Below are positions 38,809 through 52,352 of a stretch of DNA of 64,000 bases, one piece after another; positions within the stretch are counted from its first letter, which is position 1; each line of letters opens with the position of its first letter. The position numbers and the translations under genes are program-made. The notes below the pieces were generated by a model. The model had not been told where the DNA came from. It did no database searches and saw only the letters and a program-made list of their open reading frames with translations. This DNA is from Ptychomitrium polyphyllum (taxonomy: Eukaryota): NCBI GenBank assembly GCA_973851085.1, contig OZ316776.1, positions 4,588,001 to 4,652,000 of the forward strand. The letters run 5' to 3'.

Positions 38809-39916
38809 CGTTCCCCGAATTCTCTCTCTCTCTCGCTCTCAACGTGAACCTCATCTCCACCCCGCCATCGGTCGTCTGGCGCTGCGCAGCAAATCGAACA
38901 ACATGCGTTCTACAGTCCACTGCAACTGCAAACCAAGACTTCGACCTCTCTCGCGGTAAGAATATTTGCTCACTATCTCACGAATTCCTTGTCCAACTCT
39001 GCAAATCTGTGAAAGTTTTAGGGTTTTCCAGACACAGCGAGTTTGTCTGTTCATTGTGTATCATCCTCATTCGCCTGAGTGCGAAGATTTTTGCTTGAGA
39101 ATCTTCACATAGCGTTGATTTGAACGATGGGATGATGTTGATCTTGTGGCCCTTCTAATTGTGTCCTCTTTGAATTATTCAGGCCAGTTTTAATGGAGAT
39201 AATTTGTGCTGAACTTAAAGATTGTAGCGAATTGGATTTGTAGCTCTATTTGTGTGGGCACTGGTTAATAGTTTGCGGATCAGTGTACTACATGGTGATC
39301 GAGCTTCAGTTATGAGACGCAATTCTTAGCGTCTGTGTGACTTGAGTAAGAATTACAAAACCTTTCTGTAGGAAAACTCCGCTTGATATCTGGGGATACT
39401 ATTCTGTGGGAATTAAGTGGTCCGTATGTACAAAGTGCCAACCACGCATAACGGTTGTACGTAGATATCGACAGAAGGTTTGCTTGGATAAGGAGGAATT
39501 TGATGTTGACCCTTCTCAATGGAACAAAAATCTGCCGAGTGCAAATTCGGGAGATAAGGTGAATATAAACCTACAAGTTGAGTTACTGTACATGTTTCCA
39601 AGCTGGACTCCAAAAGATACCCGCCAAGAGCGTCATCGCTATGAAGACTATATATTAAGCCACGTTTGTCAGAAGTGATCGACTATCAGTATGGGAATCT
39701 AAACGAAACAGACACTGAACGACAACGTTTAAGTTACATAACCACGTAGAAGATGGGAGATACAAGATAGTCACACAGTAGCATTAAAGATATTCAGACG
39801 TAGGTCAAAAACATGATACCCAGGACCACATTCGACAATCGGGGAATTCCAGAGCACAATGTGCCCATCTCATTACTACATGCTAAATGAAAGAACAAAT
39901 CGGTAAATCTAAGATG

Positions 39917-42900
39917 CTACCTACCAGGATTGTTAGTCCAATAGACATTACTGCTTGGACCAGGAGCAATCATGCCCGGACGAATAGCGCCAGGCTGCAG
40001 ATAAACAGGTTGTGGAGGATTACTGTAGCAAGGGATTCCAGTGACTATACTAGGACCATTAACTGGCCATTGACCAACAGGTCCCCTACCATCTATACCT
40101 GGATGCACAGAACCTTGCATTTGCCCCTGTCCTTGTGACTGTTGCATTTGCCCCTGACCCTGTGATTGTTTCATTTGCCCCTGACCTTGTGATTGTTGCA
40201 TTTGCATTTGATTACCTTGAGAATTTCTAGAATACTGGCCTGGTGGTATGAACACTCCAGTCCCAACAGGCTGCGGTGGAGGTGCATACATACTCATTTG
40301 CTGAGGGAGAGGATACGAAGCCATGGGTACCAAGTTAACTCTTGCTTGATACATACCTTCTGGATGTTGGTAATCACCTGCACGAGTAGTCACATTTTCC
40401 GTTAAGAATTATAATAGCACAACTCATGTGTTGCAGACGGGATCACAGCATCAACTAGGAACCAGGCACATTAATGTGGAATAAAACGGTACCGTATCTA
40501 ACAGGTACACACATCATGCTAGATACAAAGCATATCAATCAAGCTAGAGGAAAGCATCCACCTCCGAATGGCAGACGCGGACTAGAATCCGAACCTGTTG
40601 CTTGATGAGACCATCGCACGTTAGAACCTAGATATGGAGCAGGTTGAACTTGGTGAACATCCCCATGGAGAGCTCCACTAGAGGGTCCCCAGTGTGGAGG
40701 ACCTACAGACCTTTGTGGAGATAGATGTGGTGGCTGCTGCTGAATAGGTCTTAAACCAGAAACAAAATCGTGGTGCGGAGACTGATAGGGCAAAGATTGA
40801 TGTTCATTGTAGTTGATCATAGGAGATCTTAGATCAGGAACCTGGGCATAAGTGATGTCAGAGCGAGATCTATTCCAAGAGTTTTGCCTATCTGGAGAAG
40901 GGTGAAACTGTCCTCTATGATGTTCACCACCAAGAGAATAACTTCTAGATAACACCGGCGATCCCATAGAGTTACTCCTCTGATGTCCTCTTCCAGCTGC
41001 ACGTGCCTTGATTGTGTCGTCAGCTTCAAGCTGCAACCCAAATTCACACATTTCACACTTGATAATTTTTACACCATGGTTAAATGCTTTTTACAAATGA
41101 TCGAGTTCACAAGTGATGTTTCTCAGAGATGATCAAATTCACAAAACGGCTTCTTCCAAACTTTTATCTACCCAAGCAAACAAGTTCGTGTTACACAATC
41201 CTTTCAACTTTATGCACGATTCGTCCAGGTCGTCATCTCGACAAGATAAACAAAAAAGATCACACTCTTCCTGCTCACCTTCTCAACGACTATCCATTTT
41301 TGGAGCATCCAAAGTGTGAGATTATGTTAGGCGTGCATACTGTGCTGAGAAATGTTCTTGATAAGATCAAAATGACCACTCCGACTCTTGAAAAGTGAAA
41401 AACGTCCCAGCAAATTTGCATTGCAGTTATCATAATGGATGCTTACCATGTTGAAAGAGTCGCTCCTTGAAAATCTACCTCTGCCACCACCTCTACCCCT
41501 GCCACCATTACGTCCCCCGGCTTTGTACCGACCACCGCCACCTCGGCCCCCGCCCCTCCCGACATCACCGCCTACTCCGACTTGATATCCCTGCTTAGCA
41601 GCTTGCTTCCTCAACCTTTTCGCTTCCTCCTCCTTCTCATCATCGGAAAATTCCTCTTCATCTGATATTTCCTCATCATGCTGCCCTGAGGCGTCATACC
41701 CTTTCTTCCTCAACTCTGAATCATTCAGAACAAAATTCGCGAACTCTTGTACGAATCCCACAGTAACGCCTTGCGAAGCTACATCTGGAACATCGGCCGC
41801 TTTGTTGTATCGGATGACGTAAAAGGGCTTTTTGACGGGTCCAAATACTTCGTCTACTACTCCTAAGGGTTTCCGATGCTCTGTCAGCCACAGGATTGAG
41901 CCTTCGTTCAGTACCATCTCGTGTTCAACTGCTTCCACAATGATTTTTTTGTCCATGATCTGTAGATGAAAATGCAGAGTGTGAGAGAACCTTCTCAACG
42001 AGTGCACTACAAGCAGGATCTCAAATGACGAAGCCAGCTTCACTACTTCCTTGTTCAAAACTCTAAAATCTCAACACACACTAGTGGTCAGCCTCCGATC
42101 TAACCTTTAGATGTAAAGAAGCCTTGAAAGAATACATTTCTTATCGGTACTACGGTCGATCTTATCGTGCTGAACCATCAACCGTTCATACGTCCACGTA
42201 TCAGATTGCTTATTCTCGCTTGTTCACTACTTATCGTGCAAATGGAACAAGAACTAGACGGTTGAAGAGCTCAAGAACCCTTAACGAACTTTAAGATCAA
42301 TGCTGTAGTCCCACTCAGGATCGAATCACAAAAAGACTGCACCATTGCAAATAATTCTTCCGGCCCTAATCTAGCCCTCCATCTTACTCTCCAGCGCCCC
42401 AAACTCCTAAAAACATCACATTTTTTACAGATGCAGCACGCCTACCTGCGCATCCTGGGTGACAGCGTATTATGCAATAGAACGACTTACTTTAGAGACA
42501 ACACCGACTTCATGTGGTACTTGATTAGGCTCCAAGACTGCTTCAATTTCCGGCACTGGAGGCAAGTCCTGCATCTCAGAGTCATTCACCACTAAAAGTC
42601 TCAGATCACGTCCCAGATCTCATGAATCAAGATTCAAACCCTCTAGGTAACCAATGCAGATTACCCAAGAAGCCTGCGAAAACCGCTTCTCCAAACCCAG
42701 ACACCAAACAAGAATCAGTTAAGCTCACCGTGACTTCATTCGCAGTGCGGGGAGGCTCAGTCGCACCGTCTTCCTCATCACTATCTACGTCCTTCGCCCG
42801 CTGAACCATCTTCTCCAACTCCTCAGCACCCTCAATATGGCTCTTCTCCATATCACCCGCATTCACGTCCTCGTCCTCCTCACTCGACTCGTCCGACGAG

Positions 42901-43292
42901 TCCTCACCACTCTCTACAAGCGGGTCACTATCCGCCTCCACCATCCCCTCCACGTCGTCCTCCTCTCCCTCACTTTCCTCCTCCTCGCCCTCACATTCCA
43001 CCTTCACTCCATTGCCATTCCTACTCACTGGCAACGCCGCCTCCGCAGCAAGAAGCACATCCTGCGGTATTTCCACCTTCGCATCCCCTGCCACCCTGTC
43101 ATGTTGCCTGATCTGCACATTCGCCGCTCCATCACTCTCCTTGCTGCATGCACTGTCTTCCACCGCCCTCCTCCCATTGCGCCCCGATCCCGCATCACTC
43201 AACGCCGGCATTTCCATATCCGACCCGTCCGACACTATCTCCCCGGCCTCCACCTCTATCCCCGATCCCCCTCTCCCTCCCCCCACCATCAT
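39917..43292 (-). CDS. NAF1: H/ACA ribonucleoprotein assembly factor NAF1 (Gar1/Naf1 domain)
   Basis: Exons 43292-42729, 42568-42491, 41959-41447, 41030-40562, 40377-39917, in phase. Acidic N-terminus, PRTANEV-DLPPVPEI, LNEGSILW...PLGVVDEVFGPVKKPFYVIRY and KGYDASGQHDEEISDEEEFSDDEKE, then an RGG box and a Pro/Gln-rich tail. The start codon and last donor site are less certain. Confidence 0.88.
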
Positions 43293-43438
43293 CGCCTCTC
43301 TCACGCCCTCACCACTCCTCTTTACTTCTCTTTACCAAAATCTCTAACCTTACCAACCTCAACAACCAGTCTCCTCTCCTACCAACCTCCACAACCCCTG
43401 CACTTGTGTGCTACGCACTTCCGACACCTTCGAAGCTC

Positions 43439-43444
<6 letters not shown>

Positions 43445-43490
<46 letters not shown>

Positions 43491-43525
43491 GTCTCTGTCT
43501 CTGGCTCTGTCTCTGTCTGTCTCTC
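43445..43525. repeat. (CT)n microsatellite followed by CTGTCT repeats upstream of NAF1
   Basis: About 20 CT units followed by imperfect (CTGTCT)n. Confidence 0.95.
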
Positions 43526-44640
43526 TCCTTCTCCGATCTTTTCTTTTTCTGCGCTGCAGTCGTCGCTTTTCTTTCTCTCACAGCTTCGCCTCAACCCTAA
43601 TCATCCCCCGAGTGAGTCGTCAACTCTGAGCTCGCCTGTCGCCATTATCCAGGTCGCCTTCACCTTCCGTGCGCGGGGCCACTCCTGGTGTCTGCTCCAT
43701 AATGACACCCCCGCCTCGCTCTAATGCTCTCTCTTACACCATCGCCGTCATCGTCTCCCCCTCATAGCAGCTCTCAACAACAACAGCAAACTACAAACGA
43801 ACAAACAGACTAAACCGCACTGAAATCACAGATCTACCCAGCTGCAATACTCTATTCCAAGCATGTCTTCATCTCCCACATGATACACGGCCTTGGGATC
43901 TCGCCGCAACCGTGAACTCTGCCAATATTGAGATTACTGCAAATTTTCGAAGTTAAAACTAGTCATGACCTTAACCAATGTGTAGGTCGACTCAAACCAT
44001 AGCTAAACTTGTTACTTCTTGAAACAGCCCAAAATTAGACCAAAACAAGAAGTTGATTGGTTTAAGTTACAGTCTATGTGTTGGTTCTTGGGGCGTTATT
44101 GGTTTTGGGTCGCTTTACCTAGAGGTGCGTCGCTTCGTCCCTTCTGCTACCAGTACAGTTGTTGTGATCAATATCCAAACCAAAGGCTCATGGACGCGAT
44201 GGCCACTACCCAAGACCGTCGTTGCCTACCATTAGCCTACATCTGCAAAATCTAGAAACTGTGGTTCTAGGCTCCTGTAGCCTCTGTTCACTTTTATGTA
44301 TGAATCTCACAGGGAACTCACCCAATGTTCGAATCATTGCTCACGAAAGGCCGAAAACCGACACTAAATCTACCAGTCGCCAATGCAAGAAAATGTAGAG
44401 TCTAAAATAATCAAAGAAAACTGTTGGCTTTAGGCTCCTCCTGCGTACTGTAGTGAGTCCTTTGTTTCTACCGCATCCTTCCTGTACGCAGTGGCAATAC
44501 TAATCGCTGCTCGGGGCCGCGTTTAGTAAACCGCGTTCTTTTTAGTAAATTGCTTTCTCGTCGATGATACATCCTCATGATACCCGCGTTTCATTCGTCG
44601 CAGCTACCTCCGTAGCAAGGTTATCCTAGGGGCTACATAC

Positions 44641-44704
44641 CCAAAACCCACTGTACCCAAAAAAGGCTGTACCTAAAACCCACTGTATCCAAAACCCACT
44701 GTAC
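44641..44704. repeat. ~16-bp minisatellite, 4 copies
   Basis: CCAAAACCCACTGTA-like unit repeated four times, one copy divergent. Confidence 0.8.
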
Positions 44705-47078
44705 TGAAAACTAACTTTTAAGCACAATACAGTGGAGATTCGAGGAAGTGAGTGTACGCTAGAGGTAGATAATGCAGGTTTCAGATTTAAAGGGATTGAG
44801 TTTGTTTTCGGTTTTCGGTACTTGGCATGGAAATCTGCAGCCATGGCACTTCGACCGCGGTTTCCAAACTTTGGAGCGATTAATCGCATGCCCCACCTTG
44901 TCCGGATGGTTAAGATTCCGGAGAGTACAACAGCACATGGCTTCCGTCGTTAAGAGTTTCCAAGTTTAGGTGAACTGTTACCACGATGAATGGGTCTTCC
45001 ATTAGAATAATCCCGGGTTACAATAATGAGAACACCAGAAGCATGGGCTCCCAACCCATTGTTATGATTGGCAGTCCAACGTTGGGAGAGTAGCAAAGAT
45101 GCTGTCAAACTTCGAAATTTCAAGCACCGAGAAAAAGAAAATATGGAAAATGCAAAAATCTCTCTCGACTTTGGAGTCTGATTTGCGTTCAGTTCCGCTC
45201 CTTCGTGGCGCGGATAGCGTAGCGGTAGGATAGCGGGTTTGGTTGGTGTGCGTCCAGACTCCGATTAGTGAGGTCACGGTGCATGTGTAGCGGGGCAGGC
45301 GTATGATGCATGAACTCAAGGCTTCCAGCGATGCAAGGTACACTTTGCAGTGGTTTCTCTGAACACAATTTATGACGACACTCAAGCGTACAGGGAAGTA
45401 GGTATTATAAATATTTGCTTATTTGCTCGCCTTAGTTGGGAGGGGACGCGGCAACTTTCACAGTCATCATGTCCGAAAAAGTTCCTCCATTGCATGCTCC
45501 AGCCTGACATGGGTAGCAGAATGCCCAATGATGGTTCCCCGGTGGGCGAGGCACTCATGTACCGCGTGGCGAATACCAAACGTGAAATAGTTGGAGGAGA
45601 ACAGCTTGTACAGGGTGGGGTGCAAGGCAGAGCCGGGCAGGAGGTGGGGCGCACACTAAAGTGTGTTTCTGGCCAAGTCCATGCACTTAGGAGCGCACAC
45701 TGCACGGCAGTGCATCATCTGCTCCAGAGTGCAGACGCACAAGTGCAAGAGGCGTCATGCAGATTTGCTGTCCATGCACCGTCCTAGGCAATCGAGGTCT
45801 TGTCTGTGGCATGCTTTCTGGCTTGATGAACCCCCACGCTTGTTTCATTGCGATGTTGATTGGTGTAGCATTCTCTGGCTGTACTCCACGCACCGTCCTG
45901 AGCATTCGACGTCTCTTCTGGGAAATGCTTTGTGGCTTGATGAACCCCCACGTTTGGTAGCAGGTGACTGCTCCATTGTGATGTTTGTTGGTGCAGCATT
46001 TTCGGGCTGTCTGCTTCATAACAGCTGTTTCATTATAACTGCCTCTTCAGAATTCAAGGGAGTTGTGCAGACTGAGGTGAGATTAACACGGGACAGCGCT
46101 CTGCGTTCTGCATCAAGGAGTTCTGCCTCGCGTAAGATGTCTGCTTCCTGGTTAGTGTTCAGCTTCATCACCAAACTGGCTTCCTGGTTTAAGTGCAACT
46201 GCGTCATTAGCTGATAATTAGAGCACCGGCATGGCAAACATAGTCAGTTTAACGACGTTTGTATATCCGAAGATTTTATCAGCGAGGGAGTCGATTGCAT
46301 CAACTGAAGATTTCGCTCGTAATATCTCAGAACTGGAGCTCCAGCTACAGCCACTATCATGGAATAGGGAGGTTGTCTGAGCAATGATCCAACTACGCGC
46401 ATCCAACAACTCCGAGGTAGTACATCAGCTTCTACAGCAGAGTTAATAAGTGCAGTCAATGAATGTATATCGTTATCTCCTGACAGATGCAAAATTGAGC
46501 TAAACTCTTGGGTGTTGATTTTCCACAGCACTACCGGCAGTTACGAAACACAACGAGTACTTGCCCGCACAGGATCAAGAGATGGCTCATAATAGAGAGA
46601 AAAAAACTTGTCAGCAGAGACAAGAGGTTTTTATAAACAGATTAACTTCTACGACTAATCCATTCCTGTCCCTTGCAAAGCCGTGCTCCAACTAGTTGTA
46701 AATATAGTAGCTCTAAATCACACCCTAAAGTCTGTTCAAACATACGCACCAACCGGTTTTCCACTCATTTACCCATATGCAGCACTTAGGCCAGGCTTTC
46801 ATAGTCCTGGCTAGGGTACCTCATGGCACACTCTGTGCATACAAGGATGTACTTGAAATGCACTATCCGTCCAGTTCTCGAACCTTTACTTCTTACGATT
46901 TACAGATTTGTACAGTCTCCTAACAGCTAACCTGAGATGACCCTGCAGGTCACCTACCAAAGTCAGTCGAACTGCCACCTTCCTCATAAAGCTTTCACTA
47001 ATAAGTAAAATTACAACTGAAAGCACATGCGCAAGGTTCTTTCTAGCTCTGCTGTCTCAAAGGATTAATAAAACACGT

Positions 47079-50000
47079 TTACCGGCACTCCTTCAATAGA
47101 TACATGGATGGGCTGAACTGCTCTAGGCCACCCCCACCAATCATATGGGTGTCATCCGCTCCCACATTTAAACCTACTGTGGATGCTCCACGAAGAGGAG
47201 TTTTTGTGATGCCATGCTCAGGAGAGGGCTGCAACAACCACATTCAAACAGTTAACGTCAGATCATTGATAACAGGTCACGTCAGGGCATAAAAAACAAG
47301 TCACGTCGCCTCGTTGAAAAGTCCACATCAGCAAAGTACAACACTAAAAACAAATAAATGGAATTTTCATTCGTGTGCAGCTCCAGATCTTACCAGAAGC
47401 CAATTCACAAAAGTTGGTCCTCCACCATCGTTCTCCGTCAGGCTCCTCCGATTCTCCTTCATATCATTGGCTATCCGACTTGAGATAGGCCGCAACCGAT
47501 ATCCAGAAAGTGGAGAAGGCATAGGCTGACCAGAAGACTGCTTGGCCAGCACTTCTTCTGCTTCAATATAGGCAGGGGTGTTGTGTTCATTATTGTGCCG
47601 CATTATGCCTAGAGCATCATCCACTCCATCTTCCAGAGGAATTTCCAAGCCCTGATTAGGATAATCCACTCAACAATCAATTTGAATGCTCGGAACATAG
47701 AAGAAGAAGGTTCGTTTAATAAATTTCTGAAAACCATTTCAATAAAAGTTGAATGATCCAAATGGCAGAGATATATAACTCACATCCATAAAAGACAGCG
47801 CTCCCTCCTTCTGAGCAGAATTAAATGGATCCAACCTAAATGGCGACCTCCAGATTGGAGATGTAAATCTAGGCGATGTAAATCTAGGTGACGCAAATCT
47901 GCAATCAAGCACGTTTCCACAGATGTTAGTGACGATAGGGCCGCTAAAAAGCAAAAGTATTGCAACATGAGCAAAGGACTCCCAGATGACGATGTCACAA
48001 ACCAACGTTCATGGGCCAAAAAATCTAGTACTGTAACACAGGTGAACCTGTGAGCTGTGCAACCAGTTCTGCGAGAAAACAAATACTCAAAAGGACAGTA
48101 AGACATGACCCACGGCTTAAAATGTCGGTAGAGAGAGCTCAAAATATACACTCACATGTTAGTGTCAAAATCTTGCAGCCAATCTTTTCCAGGTGTCTGA
48201 TGGAGAACTGTCACACCCGGGCTGAAACATGCAGCCATTGCACATGTTACAGATCCCCACGCACTGAACGTCGCTGCATTCCCAGGAGACATCAGTTCCC
48301 TTCTCTCTAAAGCTTTTGCGACCACGGGAGTACCGACAATCTCTCCTGAACCCACAGTGCTGCCCTCGCATAAGCCTTTTATTTCCCCAGATCCATGTTT
48401 ACCTACAACCAAAGAACCCGCATGATAATCTGAGTCATTGTGTAACGAGCTAGCGTCAACTGAAGAACGCGGCTGCTCTTGTCCACTCTGTCGATTTTGC
48501 CAATCCTGTCGATTATGTAGTTGCTCCATGAGTACAGAACCCTCCTGCTAAATCAGTGGTACCAACAAACTGTCAGTACCAGTTAAACATCACCACATGA
48601 AGTAGTGGCAGAAAAATTATGAATACATGATAGTAAAATCCCGCCAAAAACCAAGGCAAATAACACACAGTAACCGAGACCCGAAAAACCAAGCAACCCG
48701 CTTGCATAATTATATCGGATTCACACACTACCCACTCTCAATACTAACCTTTGATGCTTGTGTCCCATTCTCCCGCCTACACCCAGTGCTGCACTCATGG
48801 TTCGACCCATGGGATCTGCCCCTCTTGTTCAGTTTACCACCCGCAGCCTCCCGTGGTGCAGTCCCACACGCAGCTCCTTGTCTCCCATCTCGGGCAGAGA
48901 AAGGAGTGCTACCGCCCTCTCCACTATCACCTTTGCTATCCGTCGTGCATTCCTCATACTGCTTCTCTGTGTTCTGTCGTCCATCGCTCCGCGCAGCGTC
49001 TGCATCACCCCTGTTCCCAAACTTGCTTGCTGGGGACACGAACAATGCAGTCCTCGCTTGACACCCTTGCTGCAACCCTCCTGCCTTCGATGCTTTCTCA
49101 GCTGCATCCGCCTCGGAACCTCCTTCGGCTGTCTTCGAACTACCACCTGCGCCACCACCTGACGCACCCGCATTTCCTGCGCTGCTCACCACTTCCTTGA
49201 ACTTCGCGTCCAGCTTCTCCCCGGTGCTCCCTATCTTCGATGGGATTACCAGCTGCCGTGGCCTCTTCCGTAATATCGAAGGCGATCCGCTGAAGCTCCT
49301 CGCTGCACTCCGCAACTTCGACTGCGGGCTCTTGCCTTGGAAGGGTGACTGCAGGTACGTAGGTGGTGTGATGCAGTTTCCAGAGGGCATTATCATCTGC
49401 CGAACACCCAGCGGACTGTATGCCTGGAGTGAGCTCACCAGATCGTAACTCATGAACGGCGAATCCAGGATTCGCGGCGGCTCGTAGAACAGCCCGTCGC
49501 CACGTTCCAGAACTCCGCTTCCGTCCGCTCTGTCCTCCAGGTCTTCCTCCGTCAGCATGGGCGACCCCAATTGGAACTCGTTCACCGCCTCGTTGCCATC
49601 CCGGTACTCAGGATGGAGGGCGCCTCGGTACTCCGCCACCTCCTGCTCCATGGCCTCCTCCTGCTGCGACCCACAGGGGACGTTGGCTCCAGAGTCCTCG
49701 CCGGTAGGCTCCGCCTGGCCGGCCTGACTATAACCGCACTCTCTCATGGCCTCCAGGTTATGCTGCATCGATCCCATCATCGCCAGAGTCTCCCCACCTC
49801 CGCACACCCCTCGTCCGTTGAAAGAACCCATTGCCTGCGTGTTGCTCAGCGGCGCCATCGACATGTGGCTTGACGCGAAGAACGAACCCAGGTTCGGCAC
49901 TGGAACTGACATTGCCGAGCTCGGATATGCTTGCGAGCTCGACTCGGGCGCCGGGCACACCAGAGGGAACGAGCTCGAAAATGACGGAAGTCTCGTCAGC

Positions 50001-52352
50001 TCTATGTTCGACAGAGTTCTCGACTTCTGAATTGTCGACAGGAGCTGATCCTGGATGTTGTTCGACTGCGCCGAGGTACCCAGCGGAGGCACTCCCAAAA
50101 ACCCGCCGGGGTACCCTTGAGCTTGCCCGGAAGACCACCCCGAGAACCCCCGTGACTGCCCGCTCACGGCGCTCTCAGACTCCTTCTTCGGTTGCAGACG
50201 GCTCCCACTTCTCTGTTCATGAGGGGGGGCTGAGCCGTCCGATTTGGAGTCGGTGGACTGCTCCCGGCTAGCGTGAACCCCGTACTGGGACGTGCGGGCC
50301 ATGCCATGAGCGTTCGAGTGCTGCCTGCTTGGGCCCGAAGATGTCGTCGCCTCGCTCACGGGTGTCCCAGCCCTTCCCCCGTTACTGGCACTCTCGAATT
50401 GCCCGCTGGCCGACCCGGAGTTCATAGCCTCCTGCTGCGCTTGATAAGCGGCCAGCGCTTTCGAGATTGGATCGTTCGCAGTCAAAGGGTCCACCTTCTT
50501 CTTCATGGTGCTGTTCCAATGATTCTTAATCGAGTTGTCCGTGCTGCAGAAATCCCGATTCAGCGAAAAATCGGTACTTTAGAACACGCGCGAGAACCCG
50601 TCGTATAAACTCCTGAACTGGACCGAAGCGCATGAGAAAAGCATGCTGACTGTAATGACATGAAAGGTGATTGCCCTTACCGGCCAGGCAGGGATTTGGC
50701 GATTTCGGCCCACTTGTTGCCATGTAACTGATGGGCTTGGATCAATGCTAAATCCTCCTCCTGCGTCCAAGCTTCCCGCTTTATGCTGGGGTTAAGATGA
50801 TTATGCCATCTGCTCCAACCAATATGCAGCGGATCAGTTCTAAAACTTTTCAAACGACCCTTCAATGGCATTTCGACGTAAAACATGTAAAAGCAACGCA
50901 GGTGCTCTAGCGCGCACCTCTCTCGACATTGCTTGCCAATTCTTCCAGGAAGATTCTGTGCAATCACAGACCACTTCTTGGCTCCATACTTGCTTACAAG
51001 CTCCATAATGCGGTCATCTTCCTCTTTGGTCCACGCACCCTTGACCAAGTCGGGGTTCAGGACCTTCTGCCATCTATGCAAGCACTGCACATCTGTTCGG
51101 TCCGTGAAAAACTCCGCTGCAATTGCACACACCAGTTTTACCATTTTATGTCCCACCAGAATGGGTTCTAGCTAGAACTAGAATCACCCAAAGAGCTGGA
51201 ACATGCAAATTGTCCGCAGTCATGAAAATCCACAACCAATAACTTACCAATTTTCTTCCAATTCTTCCCATTGAAGCACTGTACAGCTCGCCTCAAAGTC
51301 TCGTCCTGGTCAGAACACACTAAAAGAATTGAGAAAGCAGTTTGTGGATCTCAGTGATCATCTTGAAATCATCAACTTCGACAAGACGATGGAAAATTCA
51401 GGACCGCACGTTTCAGAGAGGAAGCTACGGGATCAACCCCGAATTAAAGCACTAAATTTGCTACGGGAGATAAGGCTCCCGCTTGCCGTGAATGCGTGCA
51501 TACCTCTTCTGGAGTCCACCCTCCTTTGGAAGATCGTCGAGTTGGACCACCTGTTCGTCTGACAGTTGAAAAACACTTATAGGTCAGGGTCCAGGTCGCG
51601 TCTGTAACGAGCTTGACGGTTAACAATTTCTTATTCATTTTCACCCGCAATTATAATTCCGTTGACCACAATACAGACTATTAAAAGAATTTTATAAGCT
51701 ACGAAACATTAACGTCAGTTCGTTGAGCTCGACTGTGAATCGCAAACAACGAAGAAATTTGTAATCAAACCATATAATAAGCTAAAATTTATATGGCCGA
51801 AGTAACAACGTGGGCGCAACTCCCAAGGCCATCGAACGAGGAATTCCAGGCCAAAATTCGAAATTGCTTCTCATTTTCGGAACGGCATCATGATCAACTA
51901 TTTCCCACGGCTACTCATAGTATGAATGTGAGCAATGAAAATGATTCGTAAACCACATGAATTCCAAATCAACACAAGCCGTTAAAGATTGATGTAGGGC
52001 CGGATATGAGGCTGTATAGTGTAATACTCGGACGCACATACTCCGTAACAGAAGACTCACAAAATCGTACGTAAGGCCTTGAATCCTTCCCATTTTGATC
52101 ATTCCTGATAATGTCGTGAGGCAGGATGGTGCGGATTGAGGATAACTTGACAACGCAATAGCGCAAAGTGAAAAAAAATTATCAGCACTAAAAGGTCTAA
52201 GTTCGGGCGTGTGCGTATAGGTACCCGTGCACAGGAGGAAGGTTGTGCGAGGTGTCCTCATCTGATTCCGGGGCAGATGAGCACGCAGACGACCGCTGCT
52301 GCACATTCTCATTGCTGCAACAGCTCCTTCCCTTCCCAATCAAGCTCGCCAT
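47079..52352 (-). CDS. MYB3R: R1R2R3-MYB (MYB3R) transcription factor, copy B (inverted paralogue of copy A)
   Basis: Same exon structure as copy A. Exon 1 is 52352-52225, exon 2 starts at 51558, the large exon carries the 592-aa ORF 50506-48728, and the last exon ends ...SPSMYLLKECR* at 47079. The reading frame appears intact. Confidence 0.95.

Noticed and set aside
39017..39026. Telo-box (AAACCCTA) upstream of minD, also at ~29536 and ~30591
   Set aside because: It is a short, common motif present as single copies. It is not an interstitial telomeric array and there is no independent support for function.
42837..43724. 295-aa + strand ORF with SLSLSL repeats
   Set aside because: It is antisense to the acidic NAF1 exon 1 and runs through the (CT)n microsatellite, so it is a low-complexity artefact.
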